Position numbers and translations under genes: made by a program. A stretch of DNA of 63,739 nt, the filler included, from Octopus bimaculoides (taxonomy: Eukaryota): the NCBI RefSeq assembly GCF_001194135.2. It is 5 parts of 3 records of this genome, joined end to end, with 100 filler letters (N's around TTAATTAATTAA, not from the genome) between each part and the next. Parts side by side here need not be neighbours in the genome. Positions count along the whole stretch, not along the records: positions 33,487 to 50,821 come from NC_069007.1; 4 more parts are not named here. One strand, given 5' to 3'. Every line of letters starts with the position of its first letter. The stretch's first letter is position 1. This document shows positions 34,472-48,200 of this stretch, piece after piece. Under the pieces are notes generated by a model. It was not told where the DNA came from, searched no databases, and saw only the letters and a program-made list of their open reading frames with translations.

Positions 34472-37400
34472 TACAGTTAAATATACAACGTTTTGTACAG
34501 AGTTCCACTCTACCAAATTCACTCGAAAATATTGTTTGGTTGTGGATTTAGTAGAATAAATGTGCTCAAGATGGCTCGCAGAGGGTCTGAACGTGGAATT
34601 TCCTGGTTGCAAAGCGACCTTCTTAACCATAGAGCCTACCCAAAACCAGTAGTAGTGCTTTGGTTGCAGCGAAGCCATGGCATAGATGCACTTACTACAG
34701 ATGTTACCAGAATGCCACCAGAAAGTTCAAACCACAGATCACTTAGCTGGGAATTGAACTTTCGTAACCACCAACAATACCTCAGTTCATAAGTCGTTCA
34801 TGTCATTATAATGCCACATACAATAACATAGAAATAAATGCAAAAAGCAAAAGCGAAACTAAAACAGACAGATTGATGAAAGATGTGTATTAGACATAAT
34901 GTAATCTAAACGGAAACATGAAGCAGCCTTGTTTTCTTTTATCTTCTTTTGTTGTAAATTTATTATTTGTCCAACTGAAAACAACATTTAATAAAATACG
35001 GCAGAAAAAAAATACAAATTAAATATATCGTAAGATTGAAACATAAAGAAACAGTAAAATAAAATGAATTAAAAAAAAAAAATGGATAATAAATTTTTAA
35101 AAAATAACTATTTTAAAATTTAAAGATTTCTTTGATAATATTTAAAACAATTTTGATTGTAATTACTGTCTGATTTAATGATAATTATTTAGGATTAAAT
35201 AACAAATATTATTTTGTATAAGTTCTGATGAGTTGGCTTACGGATTTAATTTACTCTGCTGGAAATTTGAATGAAAATAGAATTCCAAATGATACAATGT
35301 GTAAATATAATATTACATGATGCGGTGGAGGGGGGGGGGAAATCAGTAGGACGACTGTGTAGGCGTTCGATCTGCTATGAATAATCTTCTGTACGTTAGA
35401 CTCCGTTAATTAAAAATTAAAAACCGATAAACAAAAGGACATAGACACAGCCTTTCTGTAACAAGAAGTGTTGGTCACAGGCGGAAAGCCAACAAGGGTT
35501 GGTTTTGTCAGTGAAAGTTGACCGGATTCTAAATAACAGACATGATTCAGCAAACGGCTTTAGTATTTTCGAGTCGTCGTTAGTGAAACATTTGTTTTAA
35601 TGACATGCTTGTGGGTGAAAGCAGAAAGCTTCTACCTGGAAACCAGACCGCTTTTTAAGATGTCCAGATGTTATGTTTAGACAAAAGTATAGTCTGAATC
35701 TTCGCAAAAAATGAAAGCAGTAATGTTAATCAAATACGGGGAGTGAAGTGGAGTAAGTGAAATTATGTGGCTTAGTTATTTGGGTGTGGCACTCACGACT
35801 GCCACGGTTTGGATTCCCCGACCGGTTGGTTCGTTGTGCTGTTCATCTAAACGCTTGATTTATCTTTGCTTTAGTCCTCTGAACTGTGAATATGTAGCCA
35901 TCGTATTCAATTCAGCAAGAATCTTGTGATCTTGTTCAATTATGAAAACTCGACACCCGACCTAATGAGTTCAACAGCTTTACATCTTGAAGGGAACTTG
36001 TCTACCCGCAAGAAGGGATGATGTCTACCCGCAAGAAGAGATGCAGTTCCCTCGAACGTTCATCGCAGTTTCAACACTGAAATCTCAGAAAAGAGTTCAG
36101 ATGGAGCCGAGTTGGTGTTAGAAATATTTCTTGCAGAATATGTCACACAATGGAATTCAACCAAGAAGATTTCAAACCACGTTGTTGTAATGGAGCTACT
36201 TAACATTCGCAAACGGTTTCAATCACTCCGCAGCGTTGGTACTAACATTTCTAACAACACTATGATGGATAACCCATTTCCTCAGGCAGACACCCGTGCA
36301 AACGTCTAGGTTATTTACCACACAACGACGCTTACATCTGATTTCCAAAACGAATGCTGATGTGAGTGTAGAGACTTTTGAACAGCAGAAGCCATCTAGA
36401 TGGGTCTTTTGTCTCTTTTATCTGTTACTGATTTCGATGATTGGACAGCGGCAATTTAAAAGTTTGGTAATTATTGTATCGTTCTCTAATGCCGACTCGC
36501 TAATTAATAAGGGTATAAACAAACCCTTATCAGTAGTCAACTGGTGGGAATATGACAAACGCAAACACGCACAAATACATTATACACATTCACATCCACA
36601 CATTAGCAAAGGCAGCAATTAGATATATGTTGTACTAGAATATCAAGCATAAACTTAACTCTGATGAATAGAAATTTGTTTATATGTAGCGAGACTGAAC
36701 CTTCTTCACAATCATATCACTTCCCGGCCCCTCCGCTTTGAAATCCTCAACATTCAAGAAAACTTTCTACAAATCACATGAATTTCTGTTTCTATGGCTT
36801 TGAAATCCTTAGCATGCTATTTGAAGGTGTGGTTGACCTGACAGCGATCCAAAAGGCCGAGGAGTATTAATCGGTTACATTTATATGTTATGTATACTTT
36901 AATAAAAAAAAATAGTAGCTGCATAGAAACCGTTATTGGGGCTGGACGTTGTTCTTGAATTAAATTTGTATTTGCTGTCTTTCGTTGAATTTGAGCGTTT
37001 ATGCCGTTTTCTTTTCGTACATTTTGTCGTATTTTCTTTACGTTTTTTTTTTTTCATTTTCTGGTTCAAAGTTTAAGTGTACATGGCGTATATCAGTTTT
37101 TGGATTTGTGTCATTGTCTGAGACAATTTAATTTACTTAAATATTATTATCTCTGTCTAGATTAGTTGGGCGAGAGCAGATAACAAAAATATATTATGTA
37201 ATTTTCACTGTTCATGTAGTTGGTAATTAGCGAATGCTTAAACAATAATTCTATTTCTTTAATTGATTATCTACTACATTGTTATTTTAACAGAGAAACA
37301 GTATTATTCAAGCATTATTAAACAAAATTCTAGTCAGCGCAAAGGTGAACGCAAAATCACATCTGTACACAGAGGTTGTACAGAAAATAATACTAAACAA

Positions 37401-37983
37401 TTTATCAACTGACAGTCATTCAAAATGCTCAAGTAAATAGAATAATACTTTCTCTATACGAAGGTACAACACGACATTGTCTCCATGAAAAGCGGTGCAT
37501 TTCAGTCATCACGAAATTCAAATGTCGCATCCTCTTTGGAAAACTGCAACTAAGTACGGTTGTACTTACTTTTGTGGATATTTTTCACAGTCATTTTCGT
37601 TTGGCTTCTCACGTAACATATGTTTCTCTGCGAAACACCGTGCTTCATTGTATCTTCGCAGTGGACTTCAGAGCATGCCAGAGCTAGGATGTACAGTGGA
37701 TTAGGGAACAGTGCACTGCCCAGTGTGCCGATAGCCTGATTTGTTACGAAGGTATGAGTGTTCGCCTCCTCGTTTGGTAAACGTAGATGGCTTTCAGATT
37801 CTTCTGTCTCCACCTTAGGAATTCTTTAAGCAGTTTACTTTCCGAAATCTACATCTTGATACTACTGTCCATGAAAAAGAGTCACATTATTAAGGCCGGT
37901 TTTCCTGTTTCCACTTGGACTGGACACTGGTCTGTTGCAGGATTATTGATTTTTGCCAGCTGAGTGGACTGGATCAACGTGAA

Positions 37984-38020
<37 letters not shown>

Positions 38021-40599
38021 AACAGAGAGAGGGAGGAGTAACCGTTCTATATAAGTGAGTATGCTTAAGCACATATAATACGCATTTAAGAGATGTATGT
38101 ATCTCTCTCTACAAATATGCTAATTTTGGCCGTCTACGTCTCAATCAATTTTCAATACAGTACAACCATAAATGATTTGCAAATTAATGCGAAATATCTC
38201 GCGCATGGTGCTGCAATCAGAACTGATAACAAAGAGATTATGGGACGTAAGCATGCTTCCCTGGGCATAAATAGGTGCATTGTATTCTATACGTGCTCAA
38301 ATATATTTCGGTGGGAAAAAATAAACACTTGTGACAAAACGATGTTATATATATTTAATATAATTACAGTGGATACACACCAGAGACCTCAACTTCGTTG
38401 TCCCATAACACATTAGGTATGTATTATCGTTGTATGTAGATATGTACATATTTTCTATTGTTTTTGAAGAATTCAGAATCCAGCGGAAAATTACGTTAAT
38501 GTTTGTGAAACTTGATGGAAAATTATTGACATCACGTATTTGAAAATACATTTAGTTGGTGTCATACAATAAAACGCTGTGGGGAAGACGAGTAAACAAG
38601 TTGGCTGAGAGCAGAGATAATAAAGTTGCGAAGTCAATACCGTGATAATGGTTTATGGACTCGCTTAGGATATTTCTTTTTAAAGTTATATATTATTTGG
38701 TTTCGTAGGGGTTCAGTGATTTAATTCGTCAGAGCAACATGATCGACATTGCTTGTAAGATAATAAGCATCCTTGCTACACTTTCCTCAAAACTGTCGAC
38801 CTAACGACGTAAGAAAATAAACGATATGTATAATGTAATCCAAAGTAAATAGAATTCTGAGTAAGTCGAAGGACATGACCATCATGAAGGAATGCATTTG
38901 ATTATATTTCTCGTGAATCAGGGTGGATGGCAGCTAAACATCAACAACAACATGAAATTTCTCTCTGTCAGGTGTGGGTATTAAGACTCGTTGAAAAGGT
39001 TAATTCTTAACAAGTCACAATTAATTTGAACAGATTGACTAAATGATAATTTAAGTAATATCTATTGGAGATAATCTAATCTAATTTACAGTTGGATAAT
39101 ATGTAAAGTGGTCCAGAGAATGGTGGTTCGAACTTGAATCGAAATAGTGGAAAACTAGAATTTGATTTGTTTAACAGAACTCGTGGGTCAAGTACAGTCG
39201 TTGATTTGTCTGCTAGAAGAATAACGATAGAAATGTATTTTTGTTTTTACAAGAGACATACCTTCAGAGGTAAAGCTCCATATATCACTGGCTTCATCGT
39301 TACTGGAATTGCCTCTCGGAATATATTTCAGAATCCGCAGGGCTACTGAAAAACGTATATAACTAAGTTGCAATTAGCGGGATCGAACGTGCGAGCTTCG
39401 CTTTACTGAATACAGAATTATATTAAGATTAAAATTTAAAAAAATAGTGATAATACTTTCTAATTATTCGAAGAAAACTAACAATTGTGATTTCATCTAA
39501 GATAAACATAGCCATGCAGCTTTATTCGAGGTGTTGCTATTACTAGTCTTTGAAGCGAACACACGTATAAGGAAATATCAGTAGAAAGAACATAGCGACT
39601 AAGCTTAGTAGTTAGGGAAGAAGCGTCAACTAGGTCAAAAGAAGCTTCGAGCATAGGTTGCAGATGATGCAGACACAAGATAGCGATGAAATGGGAATAT
39701 CAAGAATGGTTCAGTTTGGAGCAAGTTAAATAGAAGATACAAAAATTTATTTCCAGAACCAGTCGAGAGAGTTCGCATTACGATAGGTATAATTTAACTA
39801 TATCCCGAACATTTATCATTATAGTCTAAGTAAATCACACATACAGATAAATATTTCAAGGAATTTTCTGTATTTGAAATATTTAAACGCCAAACAGAAT
39901 TAGTAGTCGGGGAGGTTCAGACTGGGTCAGGATATAATTGCCTGCAGACTTTATAAAATAAAGAGTGAAAGAAATTGAATGGTAAGAAGATATATTAGCG
40001 GTAAATTAAGAAGTGTTAGGAACTGAAAATAAAGAAATAAACGAGTAAACGTAGAAGCAGGTAAGAATTCTTGATAGATTGTTAAAGGCTAACTATAGAA
40101 AATCTGCAAACGTCGTCCAGGTAAATCCGAAATATCTCGTACGTATTAAGGATCCTTATTAGTGAAATATTTGAGTACTTTTCTGATTTCTGGGCTAATT
40201 CTCGTCTATTATAAACACGAAGGAGAATTCGTAGAGGCTCAGACTAGGTCAGACTATAAAGAACAGACCATAAAGAACAAAGACTATAAAGAACAAAGAA
40301 CTTTAATGATAAGTTTCCCGATTATGCTCTCAGTAAATTATGCTCTCAGTAAAAACTTATTCATCTGATGGCGACATAGATATTTTCAACTTTTCTACAT
40401 ATATATGAAAAAGAAACACACTTGCACATTCATTTTAAATTCTGTCTACATTATGTCTTCTGCAAAACATAGCTTTACAAATACATAACCGAAAATTTCC
40501 ACCCTAGTCCCATCCTCGGGTTGATGATTCAGCCCTAATTACAGACGACTCCAAGAACCAGTACCCTACATTAAGCTCTGAAAAGTGCCGCTGTTTCAA

Positions 40600-41200
40600 G
40601 TGTTTCTATGTTGACGCAAGAAACAGGAAGCAGAATTATTCTGATACAATGGGGAGGGTACCCACAGCATATTTTCGAGAAGGTCAATAAATCCAGTCAA
40701 TTATTGCACATACTTAGAGTGCAACATGATATCAACAGAGAAAGATATTGAGCTACGTAACAGCAAAGTTTGGACAGAACTTAAAATTCACCATCATAAA
40801 ATGGAAATCAAATTTTGGAATCGGATATCCAAGCTCCCATGAAATCTGAAGACAACTTCCTCACAACGGTTGCAACTGTGTTACTTTATAGGATTCCAGA
40901 ATGGAAATAAAACAAAAGAGTGAGAAATATGCTGGATGGCACAAACATGTACATGGTTTATGCCACGTTCACTTTTGTCTTGTAAAGAATAACTAAGCTT
41001 CCAGACGTGGCAAACACGTTTAAGAAAAGAAGACTGCTTTGTTTGACGCCGCTGAGGGAAAAGGTATTGCTTAGTGAACCTTATATTGGACGTTAAGGAA
41101 TGTACAAATTGTCATTGTTTGTTCTGATAAGACATACGTCAGTCAGCAAACAGAAAACATTGGATGTTACTGAGCCTAATTATCAAATGGCACAGAAAAT
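40600..41200 (+). mobile_element. Highly decayed RTE-clade LINE fragment
   Basis: Scattered in-frame remnants STEKDIELRNSKVW, TVATVLLY, LDGT, KTYVSQ. Confidence 0.5.
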
Positions 41201-41736
41201 GGAGATAAGCGTAGCCTCAGGATCAGGTGTATCAATAAAGAGATAAACCCGATGATAATGATGATTGTTCAGAATATTACAAACATTTTTGGTTCAAAAA
41301 ATGCAAACATGTGCACAGGGAACGATTCTGTTTTCGGACAGTAACCTAACGCTTTAGTTTGGCAAGACCTTATTACACTGGAGTTAAAGTGGAATGATTG
41401 AAGCTTTCAAGATCGATAGCAGATCAATATATTTTGAACGTTCGTCATTATGTATATGTATCTCTCCCTCCCTATATATATATATATATATATATAAAGA
41501 AAGCTGGTAAAATCGTTACCGCGCCAGGTAAAAAACTTAGCGTCATTTCGACCTTCTTTCGGTCCTCACCTGACATTCCGACGAGGTCGACTTTGCCGTT
41601 CATCCATCCGCGGTCGATAAAATAAGTAGCAGTTGATGACTCGAGGCGANNNNNNNNNNNNNNNNNNNNNNNNNNNNNNNNNNNNNNNNNNNNNNNNNNN
41701 NNNNNNNNNNNNNNNNNNNNNNNNNNNNNNNNNNNN

Positions 41737-41781
<45 letters not shown>

Positions 41782-44192
41782 GTATGTGTGTGTGTGTGGG
41801 CTTTGTGTAAATATATGTCTGATTCTCTCTCCCTTGGTATATACACACACGCATACACACACACAGGTATAGATAGAAAAAATAACTGGACAAATAAATA
41901 TATGAGCGCAAGTGCAGTGAAGCCCATAAATGCTACATTAAATTTACTTAAAAATCTGCCAGTTGTTGTTGGTCGCTATTTGCCAGAGCAACGTATATCA
42001 TTTGATGTCTATTATCACTGTTGTAACATTGACTATTTGTGAGTCTTGAGGCGAAGGTTTTAGAAACTTGAGAATAACAAGTAGTTTGTCTGATGTTTGA
42101 AAACATCAATCGATTTAGGCATTTGGAGATCAAGAATAAGTGATTAAAGAGTATGATTGATCGATATCTTGCAGTATAGAATAGGAGCTAAATATATGCT
42201 TCATAGGGAATTTTCTTCTGAGAGATGCGATATCACATATAAGTGTGACTAAGTCTTAACCGTTTTGTAACACGTAAATCATCACAGAAACGAGAGACAA
42301 CGTCCATGACATTTGCAAGTTTTCCCAACTTGACGAAATAAACGCCGTAATTGTCCAGCTTAAATCTCTTTGGGTCCGTATTAATTCCTTTTATACTTTC
42401 TTTGAAAATATATGGGTTAAAAAGGACTTGCAGAGTGTCACCGATCTGCGATGAACGACTGTGTGATGTTTTTCCAGAGTTTCTGTTGCGTGAATCAGTG
42501 TATGAATGATTGATTAGGAAAACAAAAAGAAATAGCATGTGACGATCGAATCGCAGTCGTGAGGATTTGGGGATCATTTTTTTTTTCCAGAGAAATAAAA
42601 TACGATAAGATACAAGAATTGATCTATGTTTAAGCGCTTCCTGATTGAATTCAGCCAATCGTGGGAATAATGTATTTTACTTTCTGTTGGAGCTAGTCCC
42701 GGATATATTTGTTTCTATACCAACAGCAGCGGTATCAATCCACGTATGTGTTACCCATAGACAGATACAGGTATATCAAATACTATACAGTATAAATGGG
42801 TGATTGATTAAAGTTATAACTGCCTCTAGATGAAGTGCCAAATGGTAATAACGGCATGCTTTTCTTGAGGAGGGGAGAACATTTAAGATTAAAAATCCTC
42901 CGAAGTTCACATACGTTTAAGTAAAAGGAGAAACCTATTGTCAGGGCAGGTTTATTGTCAGCACAACAATACTCTGACCGAAATCCCAGAAGTCCAAGAA
43001 ATTATGCTATATACGGGTACTAGATTATGCTATGTACAAGTACTAGAAAACTTTGTATAGAGTTTTCAACTGCACAAAGCTCAGTGCAAACCGTTTTATT
43101 TTTTCTTAACACTGAATAGGATCTTGGTCTTTTTTATGGTAACTTTGTCATTGATGGAAGGGGTTGTGATTATTTGTATGTCTTTTTGACAGAGTATATA
43201 TAAGTATATATATATAAGAGTATATATAAGGTTCATCAGATATTGGGAGCTTTAGTATTCGTAAACGGATACGCTATAAGGTGGAGAACAATATAATGAA
43301 GACATCAACAGACTGGTCAACATAAAAACATTATACCTACAGACACATACACATACATACATACAAACATAAGTATATATGACGAGGGAGAAAGTGGAAT
43401 GGGGTAGGAGAATAGAGAAGTGTGTAGTGATAATGTAATATATACATTAAGCATATCACTCTCTTACAATTGTATCTTCGGAGGTGGTAAGATCACTTAT
43501 CAGTTCCCTTATCACAGAATACTATCGCATTAATAGCGAACAGAAGATTATACTCTTATATATTTTCGTCTATTACCGACACTTTTAATGGTATATCATC
43601 CTTGCATTGTCATTTCGATATTAAACAAATATTTAAGCACGTTAAACCAATTTAGGTAAAAGTACTGTGAAACAGAATAAAAAAAAACATTGCCTCATTG
43701 TATTATTTATCGATCTTTTATTGAGAATTTCTCGTATGAAACACGGCTTTCTGATTAATCTAGTCTACTATTGCCAACGTGAGGATTCAGTTTCTTTCGT
43801 ATTTCCAACACCTATAACTCTTTCAAAGGTGTCTTATGATTAGTGCGAGCAAGGGAGAAGACGATGCCGAAACATTAATCGTCTGGTCCGTTTGCTTTCA
43901 ACTGAGGGTTGGGGTTTCATCAGGTGAGGGTTTTAATCTACCATTTAAGTAGAGCAGCAGCCTCTCCAATACGCTTCCATAAAACATCTTTCCACCGTAT
44001 TCCCAGGGTTGTAATCGACCGGAGGTTAGGCTCGATAAAACAGTTTTCAATTAACTTCACAGCTTTGACCTAACTTGAATCGCATAGATGGAAAGCTAAC
44101 TTCTTAACTCTATGCCCCTCATTAGGCTTATGATTGTACAATGCTGAATGCACCAAAATGTTGTCAAATACAATAAAACTAGAGAGTTAGTA

Positions 44193-44626
44193 GAACAAGT
44201 AGAAAGATAAATTTTCTTCAACGCATAGATACTGAACAGTATAGATATAAAGGATAAAATCCTTTTTTCTTTTTAAAAACAGAAAAATTTGTCGGCAGCC
44301 AAGCCATGAGAATCGAACTCACATTCCTCTAATATCCTGTTAGAATGCTTTACCATTTAAGCTAAACTGCCTGATCAGCAAATTCTTCCGCAATTTAAGA
44401 TGTTATAGAATCATCCAGGAACGCTAGATGTCGTATGGGTTACGCCGTATGTAAAACAAACAAGTTTGTTTTTCAAAGCGCTGAAATATATGGTAGAACA
44501 AGTAGAAAGATAAATTTTCTTCAACGCATAGATACTGAACAGTATAGATATAAAGGATAAAATTCTGTTTCTTTTTAAAAGCAGAAAAAATTTGTCGGCA
44601 GCCAGCCATGAGAATCGAACTCACAT
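44193..44626 (-). mobile_element. 434-bp insertion with about 135-bp direct terminal repeats, 10-bp TSD and a split tRNA-like sequence
   Basis: Repeats at 44190-44324 and 44493-44626; AGAGTTAGTA at 44183-44192 and 44627-44636. Confidence 0.65.
44293..44371 (-). pseudogene. tRNA-like cloverleaf (anticodon not assignable)
   Basis: GGCAGTT-TA-GCTT-AAATGGTA-AAGC-A-TTCTAA-CAGGATA-TTAGAG-GAAT-GTGAG-TTCGATT-CTCAT-[GGCTT]-GGCTGCC-G: all four stems pair; non-canonical anticodon loop; 5-nt insertion before the acceptor 3' strand. Confidence 0.55.
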
Positions 44627-44933
44627 AGAGTTAGTATATTATCTAAGCCTTCAGGTTGTTTCCGTATATTCTATGACACGCATATTCGCAACAGTCCCTT
44701 TTATGTCAGGGCAAGGAATATGATCACTGACCAAACCCTTCTCAAAGGATTTATGATTAACCAAAAAAGAAAGTTTCCATCACTTTCTTGAATCATTGAG
44801 ACGGAGTAGTAATGCGATATATCGAGACTGATCGATACATCGAGACATTTTAAAATCGCTTCAATACCTATGGGAACTTTGGCAGTTTATGTTTGTGATA
44901 ATTTTGATGGTGGTAGCGGTGATGATGGTGGTG

Positions 44934-44968
<35 letters not shown>

Positions 44969-45230
44969 GATCGTGGTGGTGGTGGTAGTGGCGGCGGCGG
45001 TGGTCGTGGTGATGGTGGTAGGGGTGCTGGTGATGATGGTGGTGCTGGTGGGATGGATGAGTAGTAGGTGTACTGGTAGTAGTTATGTTGGTGGCAGTGC
45101 GTGTGATGGTGGTGGTGGTAGTGTTGGTTGTGGAGTATTATTGCTGTATTGTTATTGATAGTGGGGTGCCTGTGGTGGCTTCATATTAGCACATCGATGT
45201 TTTGTGTTTGTCCTTAGTTTTTGGGGAATT

Positions 45231-45266
<36 letters not shown>

Positions 45267-48200
45267 CGTATAGATATGTGCTTTTTGCATATGTATGTCT
45301 TTTAGTTTGTGCTAGTTACCCTGTTCACACTGCATGTCAACCACCCATAGTGGTTTGTATATGCCTATGTAACTTAGCAGTTCTACCAATGAAACCGATA
45401 AAATAATTGCCAGATTTATAAAATACGTACCGCGGTATATTAACCGACTAACCGCTTCAAGGTGGTACACCAGCATGGCCGCATTCTAAATAATCAGACG
45501 TGTAAAAGATCAAAGACGATGCCATACAAATCGTACTCGCATCTGCTTTCGATGTAAGCAATCCTGGTAACAGCAAACGCTGTGACTCATTGCTATTTAG
45601 ACTGTCTGTGTTTACGAAATAAAAACTAAAATTGAGACGAAATATGTCTACTTCTGTCTTCTGTAGATTTTAGTTAAAACATGGGAAAAGTATTCTGCAA
45701 TGCAAAAGTGTCAAACAGATATGGACCTTTCGTGCGCACGTGGAAACATAACAGAAACATTGATTGAAAGCGTCAATGAAATCTACGAGACACACAGACA
45801 GATTCGTTATCATGATGTATTGAAAGAAGCACTAATGAAAACAGAGCTATACCCGATTTTGGTAAAAGACAAAAAAGAAAACAGACAAGAAAAGAAGTAA
45901 AAGATAGCATAGACAATGATATACACGATACATTTGAGAGAAAAAATGAATTGTATCAGATGATAAATATTATGTTTTGTGCGTGTGATTTATTGAGTTT
46001 ATGGAGATGGGAAGCGGTATAAAATTTCAACCACCCACACAGCGAATCAGGAAATTTGTCACGATTAGCCACAAATGATTTTCATCACATATCATATCAC
46101 CATGTACAAAAAAATAATAATAATAAATATACACACAATAAAAAGAAAACCTTTGTGATTTCTGCGCAATACTATTCGAACACAATGCTAAATTTTCAAG
46201 TTAGTAATAGAAGAGAGAAGAGTGGTTTTGATATAATATAACATTGGTGCAGACACCATAATTTAGTTAAACAGATAGCTACGTAATTTTGTGAACTCGG
46301 TTTGGATACCAGATAGCAGGTTCTCCTGCCAGTGATTTTATAACGAAGCATCGATTCTACCAGAGCAACAATTGTCATAATAAACTCTCATAGCCATTCA
46401 ATGTTTTAGAAATAATATATTTTTTTATAATGAAATATAAGGATTATATATAAAATAATATATTTTGTATATTGTACAGGTATACACAATTTATTTCTAA
46501 TAATTTTTAACATCTTATATGAATCCCAACGTTGAGATTGAACCTACGAGATTCATGAATGTTTGCTTGAATTAATATATTTGGAAGCAAGTGGAAAGAC
46601 CCTACAACGTTCCTGTACGACCGTCGTATCCTGAAGCCAAGCGTAACGCCTCGATCACCTTTTACAAATATTGGAGTCATACACCTGTCTGAGGATATTC
46701 CCTATTCTTTCTATGACAGTCGGATGCCCTTAAGAGAATCGTTCATACCTACCATCCTCCTTTGAATAAGTTTTTACTGAAGAAAGTAAAGTAAAATGAT
46801 TATTTGTAAGATTTATACCTGAATATTATACGACTGGCTGTACCTTAATGGCCAATTTCATGAAGAAAGGGCACACCAGTCTGTTTGCGGTAGATACAAG
46901 AATGTGTCATTCGTAATCAGCCATACTGATTCAATGCCATTGACTCTAGACCTGCAAAAATAACAGCTAACTCTCCTTCGAAATAGAGGCTCCGTTCTTC
47001 CTGGTGGTGCTATTAAGTAACAATTTAAATCCACATCATATGAACAGGTGCAATCACTTCCCTCGCATTCCCACTAAGTTTCCGAAAGTTCCGTTTGAGG
47101 GAAAAGGTTTTAACTGATGGAAGACAGCTGACAAAGACATTTCATCAATGTGACACACATTGAGATCGAACCTAGATCCACGTGTGCAATGTGAAATTTA
47201 CTTTTGACAGACAAGGAGTCCTGTAATGTATCGTCTCATACGCACGCACACACGCATGCTTGTACATATATCTATGTGTGTGTGTGTGTGTGTGTGTCTA
47301 CATATACATGTACGTACATAAATGTGTGTGTATGTGTGCGTGCGTGCATGTGTGTATGTATTGATGTGCGTTTTATATAATATTTTGAAGAACACAAAGC
47401 TAAATATGCAAAACAATGAATACGAAATTGTAAAGTTTTAGAGCCTCACAGACAAATACATTTTAAGAGAGGAATAATTTTCTTTTCAATACCGTTAGCT
47501 AACCGACTGCAGTAAAATACAGAAATATCGAAATAAAATATATAACTAAAGAAACAACTAGCTGAATTAGTTTGCTCTTTCTCCACATAATTATAACTCA
47601 AGTTGAAATAATCGCATAAAAAGGAAGGTGTCAATTGGAAATTTTACAGCAATACTTCAGTGAAATATTAAGAGAACGAAAAAGGAATATAAAAATGGAG
47701 TTGATCGCAGCAAGGCATTGTGGGAATAAAATACCCATCAATTGTTTAAAATGTCGATTTTGTTGTTTGCAGCAACGTAGTGTCGCTCACAGTCATTCAA
47801 TGAAGTAATTACAGTATTTGAAATACGATAAACACACATACCAAAATAGCCAAAAAAAAAAAAAAAAAATCGTCTTTGGGTATTAAAGTATTTTGGCAAT
47901 GGAAACATGGCGATGATATTCCCACGGTAAGCGGTGCCGTTACAGCACCTAAAACTCTCTCTCCGCTAATCTATTCACAAGTCAAATTAAAGTTTCTGAA
48001 ACCAGCAAACAAACAAACAAAGAAATCCATGTGATTTTCATAAATTTAACAAAATTACCGCTCAGAATATAGTCATATAATCTAAAAGTGAAATTTTGAA
48101 TGGATGGGTGGATGGCCGGTAATGAGGCTGGTGGTTGTCGTCTTATATCGCTATTACGGATGCTGCTTTAGTTCTATGAACCTCAATCAATTGTCGACAA

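Noticed and set aside
35994-36052. 23-bp tandem duplication bracketed by AGGGAACT/AGTTCCCT; also small tandem duplications at 40250-40350
   Set aside because: Too short to distinguish from ordinary slippage or repair scars.
42233-42658. 141-aa minus-strand ORF (…LFNPYIFKESIKGINTDPKRFKLDNYGVYFVK…)
   Set aside because: Looks protein-like in part, but I cannot assign a family or unambiguous splice sites.
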